A stretch of 64,000 nucleotides of DNA from Flavobacteriales bacterium (GCA_016710965.1 JADJTW010000014.1:44210-108209); one strand, 5' to 3'. Shown: positions 1-8,480, numbered from the stretch's first letter. The notes: generated by a model not told the origin, from the letters alone. Program-made: numbers and translations.

Positions 1-1595
1 GCATCCACCACCACCTGCTCATCGTCGGTGCCGCAGCCGTTGGTGCCGGTGACGGTGTAGGTACCGGCTGCATCCACCACGATCCACTCGCTGGTTTCCT
101 GCGTGCTCCACAGGTAGCTGTCGGCTCCGCTGGCCATGAGGATCGCGCTATCGCCGGGGCAAAGCGGGTTGGGTCCATCGAGGTCGATGACGACCACCGG
201 CGCGGCGCCCAGGGTGATATCGATCTGCGCCGTGCCTTCGCCGCAGGCATTGGTACCGGTAACGGTGACGGTGCCGGGCTGCGAAACGGTGATGGAGGTG
301 GTCACCTCCAACGTGCTCCACAAGAAGGTGTCGGCGCCGCTGGCGGTAAGCACCACGCTCTGTCCGGGGCACAAGGCCGTGGGGCCATCGGGGGTAATGG
401 TCACGCTTGGTCCAGTGGCCTCAGTGATGTCGATGGTGGCGCCACCGGTGCCGCAGGCGTTGGTGCCCGTGACGGAGTAGTTGCCGGGCTGGGTGACGGT
501 GATCGTTGCTTCGGGCTCCTGCGTATTCCACAGGTAGGAGTCGGCGCCGCTGGCGGTGAGCACCACGAACTCGCCGGGGCAGAGCGCCGTGGGCCCATCG
601 GCGGTGATTGTCACCGTGGGCGCCACGCCAGCGGGGATGACGAAATCCTGCACCACGGGATCGCCGCAGGTGAAGTTGGCGGTGAAGGTGAGCGTGACAT
701 CGCCCGTATCGCCGGCACCGGCGAAGTAGGTGGTGCCCACGGAGCCGGGGTCGCTGAAGGTGCCGGTTCCTCCGCTCCAGGCGCCATCGGAAAAGGGCCC
801 GATGGGCGTGGCCACCACGAGCACCTGTCCCGCTCCGCCGCACAACGAGCCGCTGAGCAACTGGATCTCGATGTCGTTGGGCACGAAGGGCGCCTGGCAG
901 CCGAAGTTCACATAGCTCACTTGCGGTATGCCGGGCCAGGTGAAGACCGCGGTGGCTCCGTCGTTATCGGTGGTTACGCCTCCATAACTGCCACTGGTGT
1001 TCACCAGCAGGGAGCGATCGTAGCTCACGGTATCGGCACAGCCGGTGGGCAGGTAGGTGAGCACCAGTGTGCGCAGGTCCGAAGCCCCGACGGGCGTGGG
1101 CGAGATGGTGCCGCCGTTGTTGTGGTTGGCGAAGTGGCCGCTGGTGTTGCCCGGTGCCTGGAAGACGAGATGCACCGTATCGTTCAGGTTGGTGAACGGG
1201 TTGGCCAGCGCGCACATGGCCGTGCTGGTCACCATGATCACGCGGCTGCCGGCGGGGATCACGCCGCCGGGGGGTTCGAGCAAATGGCCGCAGCCCACGA
1301 TGGTGGCGTTGAGCGTGGCGGTGATCGTCGCCGTGGTGCCATCCTGCACCAGTCCGTTCCAACTGTTGTTGGGCCAGTCGGCGGCCAGCTCGTTCAGCGC
1401 GATATCGATCGGGCCGGTGCGGAAGGCCACCATCTCGTTCTGCCCTTCCGACGCGCCGGGGCATACGGTCAGGTCGATGCAGGCATCCACCAGGATGCGC
1501 TCGATCTCCAAGCATTGCGTGGGGACCTGCGCGCGCACCGCGATGCATACGTTCAACAACGACAGGGTGAAGGCAAGGCTTCGCAACGCGGACAT
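1..1595 (-). CDS. Secreted cell-surface protein with tandem Ig-like repeat modules (partial; 3' end lies beyond the left window edge)
   Basis: Absent from the supplied ORF track because it runs off the edge. Manual minus-strand translation from ATG (complement of 1593-1595) gives MSALRSLAFTLSLLNVCIAVRAQ (signal peptide) and stays open for all 531 codons to base 1. The distal part is at least three ~70-aa modules of the form DGPTALCPG..V.LTASGAD(S/T)(Y/F)LW.T......I.V...G.Y.VTGTN.CG, typical of Bacteroidota gliding/T9SS adhesin-like proteins. Confidence 0.7.
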   Translation of the reverse strand, partial: MSALRSLAFTLSLLNVCIAVRAQVPTQCLEIERILVDACIDLTVCPGASEGQNEMVAFRTGPIDIALNELAADWPNNSWNGLVQDGTTATITATLNATIVGCGHLLEPPGGVIPAGSRVIMVTSTAMCALANPFTNLNDTVHLVFQAPGNTSGHFANHNNGGTISPTPVGASDLRTLVLTYLPTGCADTVSYDRSLLVNTSGSYGGVTTDNDGATAVFTWPGIPQVSYVNFGCQAPFVPNDIEIQLLSGSLCGGAGQVLVVATPIGPFSDGAWSGGTGTFSDPGSVGTTYFAGAGDTGDVTLTFTANFTCGDPVVQDFVIPAGVAPTVTITADGPTALCPGEFVVLTASGADSYLWNTQEPEATITVTQPGNYSVTGTNACGTGGATIDITEATGPSVTITPDGPTALCPGQSVVLTASGADTFLWSTLEVTTSITVSQPGTVTVTGTNACGEGTAQIDITLGAAPVVVIDLDGPNPLCPGDSAILMASGADSYLWSTQETSEWIVVDAAGTYTVTGTNGCGTDDEQVVVD

Positions 1596-1703
1596 GGACC
1601 GAGGTTCCGTGCAAAGGTCATCTTCGGCCCTACCCTGCCGAACCGCCACACGCCTGCGCTATCAACAGGCCGGTATGGATGGCCCACGGAATGGCAGGGA
1701 GGT

Positions 1704-1936
1704 CATCCGCAGATGGTCGATCATCGCAGATGAGGACAACAGCGCAAGAAGCATCCGCAGATGGCGCAGATGACGCAGATGAGGACAACAGCGCAAGAAG
1801 CATCCGCAGATGGCGCAGATGACGCAGATGAGGACAACAGCGCAAGAAGCATCCGCAGATGGCGCAGATGACGCAGATGAGGACAACAGCGCAAGAAGCA
1901 TCCGCAGGAGGCGCAGAGAATGCGGATGACGATCGC
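1704..1936. repeat. 49-bp tandem repeat, about 4.7 copies
   Basis: Unit CATCCGCAGATGGCGCAGATGACGCAGATGAGGACAACAGCGCAAGAAG read directly at 1752-1800, 1801-1849 and 1850-1898 (identical). There is a 48-bp variant at 1704-1751 and a decayed copy from 1899. Each full unit holds three GCAGATG heptamers spaced 9 bp. Confidence 0.95.
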
Positions 1937-1991
1937 TGAAGGCCCACTCTCAGCGGGTGCATCTGAGATAGCTGTTGACGTATTGGTATTC

Positions 1992-2021
1992 CATCCGCGT
2001 CATCTGCGCCATCTGTGGATG
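1992..2021. repeat. Inverted copy of the repeat core
   Basis: CATCCGCGTCATCTGCGCCATCTGTGGATG is the reverse complement of CATCCACAGATGGCGCAGATGACGCGGATG, i.e. the core of the 49-bp unit, about 70 bp downstream of the array. Confidence 0.85.
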
Positions 2022-2131
2022 AACTCCTATCCCATCGATCCATTCGCGGAACGTATTCACCCCACTGTCCCTGGCCACCGGTGGCTGCACAAAGCCTGTG
2101 GCCTCTACCTTGGCCTTGATCCAACAACACC

Positions 2132-3442
2132 ATGACCGACCGCCGCTCCTTCATCCAGCAAAGCGCCGCCCTGCTCGGCGGACTGGCCTTGCATCGTTCG
2201 CTCGAAGCCGCATATCCCGGACTTCCTGAAGCGCCATTCAGCAATCTCGCAGGCTCTACCACAGGAGCGCATGATGGCGAGGGCGCCTTCTGGTTCAACG
2301 TGCGCGCGGCTTATGCGTGCAGCCCCACGCTCATCAACCTGAACAATGGCGGCGTAAGTCCTTCGCCCCGGGCAGCCATGGAAGCACTGGACCACTACAA
2401 CCGCATGTGCAACGAAGCGCCCAGCTACTACATGTGGCGCATCCTCGATCAGGACCGCGAGCCGCTGCGTATGAACCTGGCCGCGCTGGCCGGTGTGCCG
2501 CACGACGAACTGGCCCTCTGCCGCAACGCCACCGAGGCGCTCAACACCATCATCTTCGGTTTGCCGTTGAAGAGCGGCGATGAGGTGGTCATGAGCACCT
2601 ACGACTACCCCAACATGTACAACGCCTGGCGGCAGCGCGCGCTGCGCGATGGGGTGAAGCTGGTGTATGCCGATCCTCAACTGCCCAGCGAGGATGAAGC
2701 GGCGATGGTGGACGCCTTCACGAGCAAGTTCACGTCGAAGACGAAACTGGTACACATCACGCACATCGTCAACTGGAACGGGCAGATCCTGCCGGTGAGG
2801 AAGATCGCCGACGCCGCGCATGCGCAAGGCATCGAAGTATTGGTGGATGCGGCGCACTCCTTCGCACTGCTCGACTACAAGATCCCCGATCTGGGCTGCG
2901 ACTACTGGGGCACCAGCCTGCACAAGTTCCTGTGCGCGCCCTTCGGCAACGGCCTCATGTGGGTGAAGAAGGAGAAGATCGGAAAGCTATGGCCGCTCTT
3001 GAGCAACGACAAGCCGCAGGGCGATGACATCCGCAAGTTCGAGTCGCTGGGCACGCGCAGCTTCCCCATCGAAATGGCCACGGGCTACTCGCTGGACCTG
3101 CACAACCTCATCGGCTCAAAGCGCAAGCAGGAGCGCATCCACTTCCTGAAGACCTATTGGATGGAGCGCGTGAAGGAGGTGCCCGGCATCTACTTCAAGA
3201 CCTCATTGGATCCGCGCTACAGTTGCGCCATCGGCGTCTTCGGCATCGAAGGGAAGAAGGCCACGGCGATCGCCGATGAGCTCTTCAGCAAGTGGAAGAT
3301 CCACACGGTGGCCATCGAACGCGAAGCGAAGCCGGGCATCGAAGCGCCTTTCAACCATGTGCGCGTAACGCCGAACGTGTACACCACCACGCAGGAGCTG
3401 GACCGGCTGGTGGAGGCGATACGCACCATAGGAAAGGGATAG
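2132..3442 (+). CDS. Tat-signal-bearing class-V aminotransferase-fold PLP enzyme (isopenicillin-N-epimerase / cysteine-desulfurase-like)
   Basis: 436-aa ORF. N-terminus MTDRRSFIQQSAALLGGLALHRS has a twin-arginine motif followed by a hydrophobic stretch. The body has class-V aminotransferase character, including a probable PLP-lysine context GTSLHKFLCAPFGNG. Confidence 0.8.
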   Translation: MTDRRSFIQQSAALLGGLALHRSLEAAYPGLPEAPFSNLAGSTTGAHDGEGAFWFNVRAAYACSPTLINLNNGGVSPSPRAAMEALDHYNRMCNEAPSYYMWRILDQDREPLRMNLAALAGVPHDELALCRNATEALNTIIFGLPLKSGDEVVMSTYDYPNMYNAWRQRALRDGVKLVYADPQLPSEDEAAMVDAFTSKFTSKTKLVHITHIVNWNGQILPVRKIADAAHAQGIEVLVDAAHSFALLDYKIPDLGCDYWGTSLHKFLCAPFGNGLMWVKKEKIGKLWPLLSNDKPQGDDIRKFESLGTRSFPIEMATGYSLDLHNLIGSKRKQERIHFLKTYWMERVKEVPGIYFKTSLDPRYSCAIGVFGIEGKKATAIADELFSKWKIHTVAIEREAKPGIEAPFNHVRVTPNVYTTTQELDRLVEAIRTIGKG

Positions 3443-3507
3443 TCCATCCACAGGGCTATCGGGTCGCAAGCTTCTGCTGGTCCTGGGGAAATGCGCACAA
3501 CTGCCGT

Positions 3508-3601
3508 CCACCGATGGCGCAGATGTCACAGATGGACCGCTAGCGGTCAACGCGGCCCAAGCGCCGTCAGGCGCTATCGGCGTCATCTGCGCCATCTGTG
3601 G
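3508..3601. repeat. REP/MITE-like inverted-repeat element, copy A
   Basis: Left arm CCACCGATGGCGCAGATGTCACAGATGG (from 3508) and right arm GGCGTCATCTGCGCCATCTGTGG (to 3601) are reverse complements around a ~45-bp centre. It shares the GATGGCGCAGATG core with the 1704-2021 repeats. Confidence 0.8.
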
Positions 3602-3714
3602 ACAGCCTGTGAGGATGTGGTTGGGCTCCTTTAGCCGGACCTCAAGACCCGATAGCCCTCAGTCCATCCATTTGATGCGCTTGCGTATCGCGCGCCTTTC
3701 AATGCTTCGCACCC

Positions 3715-3807
3715 GTGAAGGATGAATTCGTCCCGAAGTTGTTCTCGCTCTGGAAAGCGGGCATCAGCCGTCCACCGATGGCGCAGATGTCACAGATGGA
3801 CCGCTAG
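3715..3807 (+). pseudogene. Duplicated 5' fragment of the SulP gene (18 authentic codons, then read-through into the repeat element)
   Basis: GTG at 3715 gives VKDEFVPKLFSLWKAGIS, identical to the first 18 residues of the 3972 ORF, then RPPMAQMSQMDR and TAG at 3805-3807. Confidence 0.75.
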
Positions 3808-3862
3808 CGGTCAACGCGGCCCAAGCGCCGTCAGGCGCTCGGCGTCATCTGCGCCACTGTGG
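3772..3862. repeat. REP/MITE-like inverted-repeat element, copy B
   Basis: Same element within the second duplication unit. The right arm is slightly decayed (GGCGTCATCTGCGCCACTGTGG, 3841-3862). Confidence 0.8.
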
Positions 3863-3971
3863 CGCCTGGGGATGTGGTTGGGCTCCTTTAGCCGGATCTC
3901 AAGACCCGATAGCCCTCAGTCCATCCATTTGATGCGCTTGCGTATCGCGCGCCTTTCGTTGCTTCGCACCC

Positions 3972-5597
3972 GTGAAGGATGAATTTGTCCCGAAGTTGTT
4001 CTCGCTGTGGAAAGCGGGCATCAGCCGGGACCAGTTGCGCAAGGACGTGCTGGCGGGCGTTGTCGTCGGCATTGTTGCGCTACCCCTGGCCATTGCGTTC
4101 GCCATCGCATCGGGCGTATCCCCGGAGAAAGGCCTGGTGACGGCGATCGTCGCGGGCCTGGCCATCTCCCTCTTCGGCGGAAGCCGCGTGCAGATCGGCG
4201 GTCCCACCGGAGCCTTCATCGTCATCGTAGCGGGCATCGTGCATGAGCACGGCGTCGCGGGGCTGACCATAGCCACCTTCATGGCGGGCATCCTCATGGT
4301 GCTGCTCGGCTTCGTGCGCGCGGGCGGCCTGCTCAAGTACTTCCCGCACACGCTGGTCGTGGGCTTCACCTCCGGCATCGCCATCATCATCTTCTCCACG
4401 CAGATCAAGGACCTCTTCGGGCTTGACCTGGCAGAGGTGCCCACCGGCATGGTGGACAAATGGTCCGCATACGCCACGCATATCGCCAGTATCAACCTGC
4501 ACGCGATCGCGCTGGCCGTTGCTGCTGTCGGGCTCATCGCGCTCCTGCCCAAATTGACCACGGTGGTTCCCGGGCCGTTCGCTGCCATCGTCCTATGCAC
4601 CGCCGTGGCGTGGTATTTCAACTGGCCCGTGGAGACCATCGAAGGCCGCTTCGGCGCCATCCCCGACACCTTGCCCATGCCGGGCTTGAGCGGGATCACC
4701 TACGCCACTTTGCGGGAACTGGTCCAACCCGCGATAGCGATCGCGCTGCTCGGCTCCATCGAATCGCTGCTCTCGGCCGTGGTATCCGATGGCATGATCG
4801 GCGGGCGCCACCGCAGCAACATGGAACTGGTGGCACAAGGCGGGGCCAACATCCTCTCGTCGCTCTTCGGCGGCATACCGGCAACGGGCGCCATCGCGCG
4901 CACCGCCACCAACGTGAAGAACGGCGGTCGCACGCCCATCGCGGGCATCGTGCATGCCCTCACCTTGCTCGCGATCATGCTCGTGGCCGCGCCACTGGCG
5001 GGCAAGATCCCCCTCGCCTGCCTGGCGGGCATCCTCATCGTGGTGGCATACAACATGAGCGAATGGCGCAGCTTCGTGAGCATCCTCAAGGGCGACCGGC
5101 ACGATGTGACCGTGCTGCTCGCCACCTTCTTCATCACCGTCTTCTTCGACCTCGTCCTCGCCATCGAGGTGGGCATGGTGCTCGCCGCCTTCCTCTTCAT
5201 GAAGCGCATGAGCGATATCACCGACCTGAAGCCCGCGATGCAGGAAGGAAGCGATGCGCTGATCGCCGACGAGGTGGTGGACCTGCCGAAGAGCGTGATC
5301 GTGTTCGACATCAGCGGCCCGCTCTTCTTCGGTGCTGCGCAGAAGTTCCAGGACGTGCTGGGGGAGATCAACGACCGGCACCGTACAGTGATCCTGCGCA
5401 TGAAGAACGTGCCGCTGATCGATGCCACCGGCATGCACCGGTTGAAGGACATCGTGCAGCATCTGGAGCGCCGCAGGCGGCGTGTGTACCTCACCGACCT
5501 GGATCCGCGGGTGAAGGCCATGCTCGTGGAGCAGGATTGGTACCGCAGTGATCTGGTGGGCGCGAACGTGCAGGAAGTGCTCGCGCGCACCGCCTGA
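3972..5597 (+). CDS. SulP-family inorganic anion (sulfate/bicarbonate) permease with C-terminal STAS domain
   Basis: 541-aa ORF with many hydrophobic helices (GVVVGIVALPLAIAFAIASGV, GLTIATFMAGILMVLLGF ...). C-terminal STAS-like segment VIVFDISGPLFFGAAQKF...LRMKNVPLIDATGMHRL. Confidence 0.9.
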   Translation: MKDEFVPKLFSLWKAGISRDQLRKDVLAGVVVGIVALPLAIAFAIASGVSPEKGLVTAIVAGLAISLFGGSRVQIGGPTGAFIVIVAGIVHEHGVAGLTIATFMAGILMVLLGFVRAGGLLKYFPHTLVVGFTSGIAIIIFSTQIKDLFGLDLAEVPTGMVDKWSAYATHIASINLHAIALAVAAVGLIALLPKLTTVVPGPFAAIVLCTAVAWYFNWPVETIEGRFGAIPDTLPMPGLSGITYATLRELVQPAIAIALLGSIESLLSAVVSDGMIGGRHRSNMELVAQGGANILSSLFGGIPATGAIARTATNVKNGGRTPIAGIVHALTLLAIMLVAAPLAGKIPLACLAGILIVVAYNMSEWRSFVSILKGDRHDVTVLLATFFITVFFDLVLAIEVGMVLAAFLFMKRMSDITDLKPAMQEGSDALIADEVVDLPKSVIVFDISGPLFFGAAQKFQDVLGEINDRHRTVILRMKNVPLIDATGMHRLKDIVQHLERRRRRVYLTDLDPRVKAMLVEQDWYRSDLVGANVQEVLARTA

Positions 5598-5661
5598 TCG
5601 GTACGATCCGGGCACCCTTACTGAGCCGGTGACAAAGATCCGAGCTCATGCAAGGGGTGCG

Positions 5662-5708
5662 ATGGAGGTGAAGGAAGCTATGGAAGCCCAGGCCTCCTTC
5701 ACCTCCAT
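5662..5708 (+). terminator. Candidate stem-loop terminator after the SulP gene
   Basis: Perfect 14-bp stem ATGGAGGTGAAGGA (5662-5675) / TCCTTCACCTCCAT (5695-5708) with a 19-nt loop, 65 nt after the stop. There is no U-tract, so rho-independent activity is unproven. Confidence 0.4.
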
Positions 5709-5781
5709 GACCTCCTTCACCACCAGATGCGCAATGGCTACCGACCGGTTCTTTCCCGCCGCCTGAGCAACCTTCCGTCAA

Positions 5782-5801
5782 AATACCTGGAAACAGGTAT
5801 T
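5782..5801. promoter_or_regulatory. AT-rich perfect palindrome (possible operator or 5'-leader hairpin)
   Basis: AATACCTG-GAAA-CAGGTATT, an 8-bp arm palindrome that stands out in GC-rich sequence, just upstream of or overlapping the first possible start of the 5800/5854 ORF. Confidence 0.25.
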
Positions 5802-6345
5802 GCGGCAGGCGTTCGCGGCGCATTGCTTTGCTCGCACCAAACCCACCGCCGCCATGCACCCCCATGTCGACCCCAATCTCTTCTACCTCGATTTCGAGCG
5901 CGTGAGCGAAGTGCTGCTCACGATCGTGGTCTTCGCCATGCTCATCGAGCGCGCGCTGTCCATCGTGTTCGAGAGCCGCCTCTTCATCGAACGCGTGGAC
6001 TACACCGTGAAGCGCGGCGGCCGCACGATCAAGGGTTCCGACCGCGATGGCTCGCCGGATCCCATCACCGAAGCCACGCCGCGCAACCGCGGCCTCAAGG
6101 AGTTCATCGCCATCGCCGTAAGCACCTTCGTGTGCTGGAAGTGGGACTTCGATGCGCTGAGCATCCTCATGCCGGTGAGCCACCCGCACATGACCTTGAT
6201 CGGCGAAGTGATCACCGGCCTCATCGTGGCCGGTGGCAGCAAAGGCGCCAACAAGCTCTTCACCGACTGGCTCGGGATCAAGAGCAGCGCCAAGGACGAG
6301 ATCGACACCTTCAAGCAACGCCGCACCGGCGGCACCAACGCCTGA
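5800..6345 (+). CDS. Hypothetical membrane protein
   Basis: 181-aa ORF (alternative start MHPHVDPNLFY at 5854). Hydrophobic helices VLLTIVVFAMLIERALSIVF, FIAIAVSTFVCW and LIGEVITGLIVAGG. Its stop lies 4 nt before the next gene's ATG. Confidence 0.55.
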   Translation: MRQAFAAHCFARTKPTAAMHPHVDPNLFYLDFERVSEVLLTIVVFAMLIERALSIVFESRLFIERVDYTVKRGGRTIKGSDRDGSPDPITEATPRNRGLKEFIAIAVSTFVCWKWDFDALSILMPVSHPHMTLIGEVITGLIVAGGSKGANKLFTDWLGIKSSAKDEIDTFKQRRTGGTNA

Positions 6346-6349
6346 GGCC

Positions 6350-7537
6350 ATGCGCGCCCTTGCCCTCTTGGTGCTGGTGTGGGCCACGCCCGCGCTGGCG
6401 CAACTGGTGGTGGTGATGAGCCGCAGCGGCTACGTGCGAGAGGCACGCAACAGTGCTTCAGACGATTGCTACCACGCCCAGGCCGGCGATTCGCTGCTGC
6501 TGCTCGATGAGGACTTCGCCAACGGCTACTACCACGTGCAGGCCTCGAACGGCTGCGAGGGCTTCGTGTACCGCAGCCTCGGGCGCAGGCCACCGGTGTC
6601 CGATCCGCCGGTGTGGGCGGGCGGTGGCAGCACGAGCCCTGGCACACCTTCGAATGGGGCACGCACCCTCCTGGCCTGCTCCTTCAACATTCGGTTCCTC
6701 GGTCAGCAGAATAAACGGAACAAGGACATCGCTGAACTGCTCGAGGACTACGATCTTGTTCTCATACAGGAATTGGTCGCTGCTCCTGTAGCAACGAACT
6801 TCAACGGCATCTCGCTGCAACCCAGTTCAAGCAGCACACAGTTCTTCTCGTTCATGGCACAGGCCGGTTTCAAGTACGCCTTGAGCGAAGGGAAAACGGG
6901 ACCGACGACGAACAACACGAATCTGACCGGCAGCGAGTACTTCGTGGCATTCTACAAGGATGACGTGCTCCAATACGATCGCTCCAAATCGGGCTTCATA
7001 GATCGCAAATTGGTCAAGAATGATGTGTTCGCGCGGGTGCCGTGGAAATTCCATTTCAGGACCGTTGACCGCACGCTTGATTTCGCCGGACGTCAACGTC
7101 CACCTTAAACAGGACGAGGTAACGCTGGCGCACGCAGGGCCGAGGGAGCTTCCATAGCCGCGCATGCTCGAACCGATCCTGAACGTGACCAGTTCATTAT
7201 CGGCGACATGAACTTCTACACGTGCGATGAGATGAGAGCAGCCCTGCCTGCGGGCTATGCTTCGCTGAACGCTGGTTGCTTCATCACCAATATCGCAGCG
7301 GTCGAGGAGCATCCATACGACCATGTGCTGTACCGCGTGGCGGACAGCGAGAATGATGTCATAAGCGACTATTTCAGGGTGCTCGACCTGCAGGACCTCA
7401 TGGAATCGAAGTGGGATGTGACCGGAATGGCCTATCCCACGGTCCCGCCAAAGCAGTCATCCCAATACGGCACCTACTTCAGCGATCACAACCCGATCGA
7501 ATTCAAGCTGCGCTACGGCGTGCGTGACGACGACTGA
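6350..7537 (+). pseudogene. Secreted SH3b-domain endonuclease/exonuclease/phosphatase (EEP) family protein, reading frame disrupted
   Basis: MRALALLVLVWATPALAQ signal, SH3b-like segment (GYVREARN...GDSLLLLDEDFANGYYHVQASNGCEGFVY), then an EEP body (LLACSFNIRFLG ... DLVLIQEL). An in-frame TAA lies at 7106-7108. The expected VNVHL block is only readable in the +1-shifted frame (DVNVHLKQDEV, 7089-7121). The original frame resumes with ERDQFIIGDMNF ... SDHNPIEFKL (ORF 7208-7537). Confidence 0.6.
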
Positions 7538-7540
7538 TCG

Positions 7541-8395
7541 CTACAGCGTGAACGGCATGCGATGCACGCCCGCGCGATCGGTGCTGCGCGCGTGTATGGC
7601 GTAGTTGCCCGGCGGCCAGTCATTCACATCCAGATCGAAGGTGAGCATGTGCGTGCCCGCCTCCAGCGTTGTGTTGTTGTTGAACACATGCACCACGTGG
7701 CCGGTGCGGTCGATGACCACCGCGTTGAGCACGGTGCCCATGGTGGCGTAGCGCAAGCGCCGGTGGATGGACGACGGACGCTGCGAGCACACGCGGCCTT
7801 CTTCCTCCGCGTAGCGCATGCTGTAGAGCGGTGCCGGCTGGCCGCTGAGCTTGCTCACGGCCAGGCGCAGGCTGTCGTTGGCGGTGCTGTCCATGGCCCC
7901 GAGGCTGGCGATGTCGTTGGCATCGCTGAGCACCCACACGGCGCTTTGCGCGATGTCATCGGTGTAGGCACCGCGCGCGATGGCTTGCGCCACAGCGATG
8001 AGCTTCGCGTTGGCGTAGTGGCCCGCGCGATAGATCTCGCCCTCGCTGGGGCCGGTGCCGCCGGCTTCGCAGCAGAACGCACGGCAGGTTACGGTGCGCG
8101 TTGCGCCGCCCGAGATCGCCAGCATCTCCTCCCGCGTCACGATCAGGTCCTGCACCTCGGGCTCCTGGCTGGTGAAGACCCAGCCCACGGGTATGCTGGT
8201 GCTCACCGGACCCGATGAGAGGTTGCGCACCGCAACACGCACGCTCTCGCCCGTATGACCGCCGAGGCCCACCGGCCGCACATCGATGATGCGATGCTCC
8301 AGCAGCTCAATAAAGGAGCGCTGCTCGATGCCCCATGATGCGAGGGGCAGGCTGGCCGCGCACAGCACGGCACAGAGGCTCAGGTTCCGTTGCAT
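7541..8395 (-). CDS. Hypothetical secreted protein
   Basis: 284-aa ORF with N-terminal signal MQRNLSLCAVLCAASLPLASWG. I recognise no family motif. Confidence 0.6.
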   Translation of the reverse strand: MQRNLSLCAVLCAASLPLASWGIEQRSFIELLEHRIIDVRPVGLGGHTGESVRVAVRNLSSGPVSTSIPVGWVFTSQEPEVQDLIVTREEMLAISGGATRTVTCRAFCCEAGGTGPSEGEIYRAGHYANAKLIAVAQAIARGAYTDDIAQSAVWVLSDANDIASLGAMDSTANDSLRLAVSKLSGQPAPLYSMRYAEEEGRVCSQRPSSIHRRLRYATMGTVLNAVVIDRTGHVVHVFNNNTTLEAGTHMLTFDLDVNDWPPGNYAIHARSTDRAGVHRMPFTL

Positions 8396-8480
8396 GGCAG
8401 GATGGTTTGCAGTGCAACGACAGGCGGGCCGCGCGCATTGCGTGGCCGATGGAACAATCGCTCCTGGGCCGGAGCGCGTT

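Larger units (their letters stand above)
3503..4027. repeat. Direct tandem duplication, 2 x ~262 bp (3503-3766 and 3767-4027)
   Basis: GCCGTCCACCGATGGCGCAGATG starts both copies (3503 and 3767). The copies differ by only a handful of substitutions or small indels by eye. Each carries an inverted-repeat element, the sulP upstream region and the first 18 sulP codons. Confidence 0.9.

Noticed and set aside
1630-2298. ORFs 1630..2298(-), 1662..1901(-) and 1920..2135(+) across the 49-bp repeat.
   Set aside because: They are generated by the tandem repeat (repetitive LLALLSSSASSAPSADASCAVV peptides) and lie in the divergent intergenic region. They have no start context or motifs.
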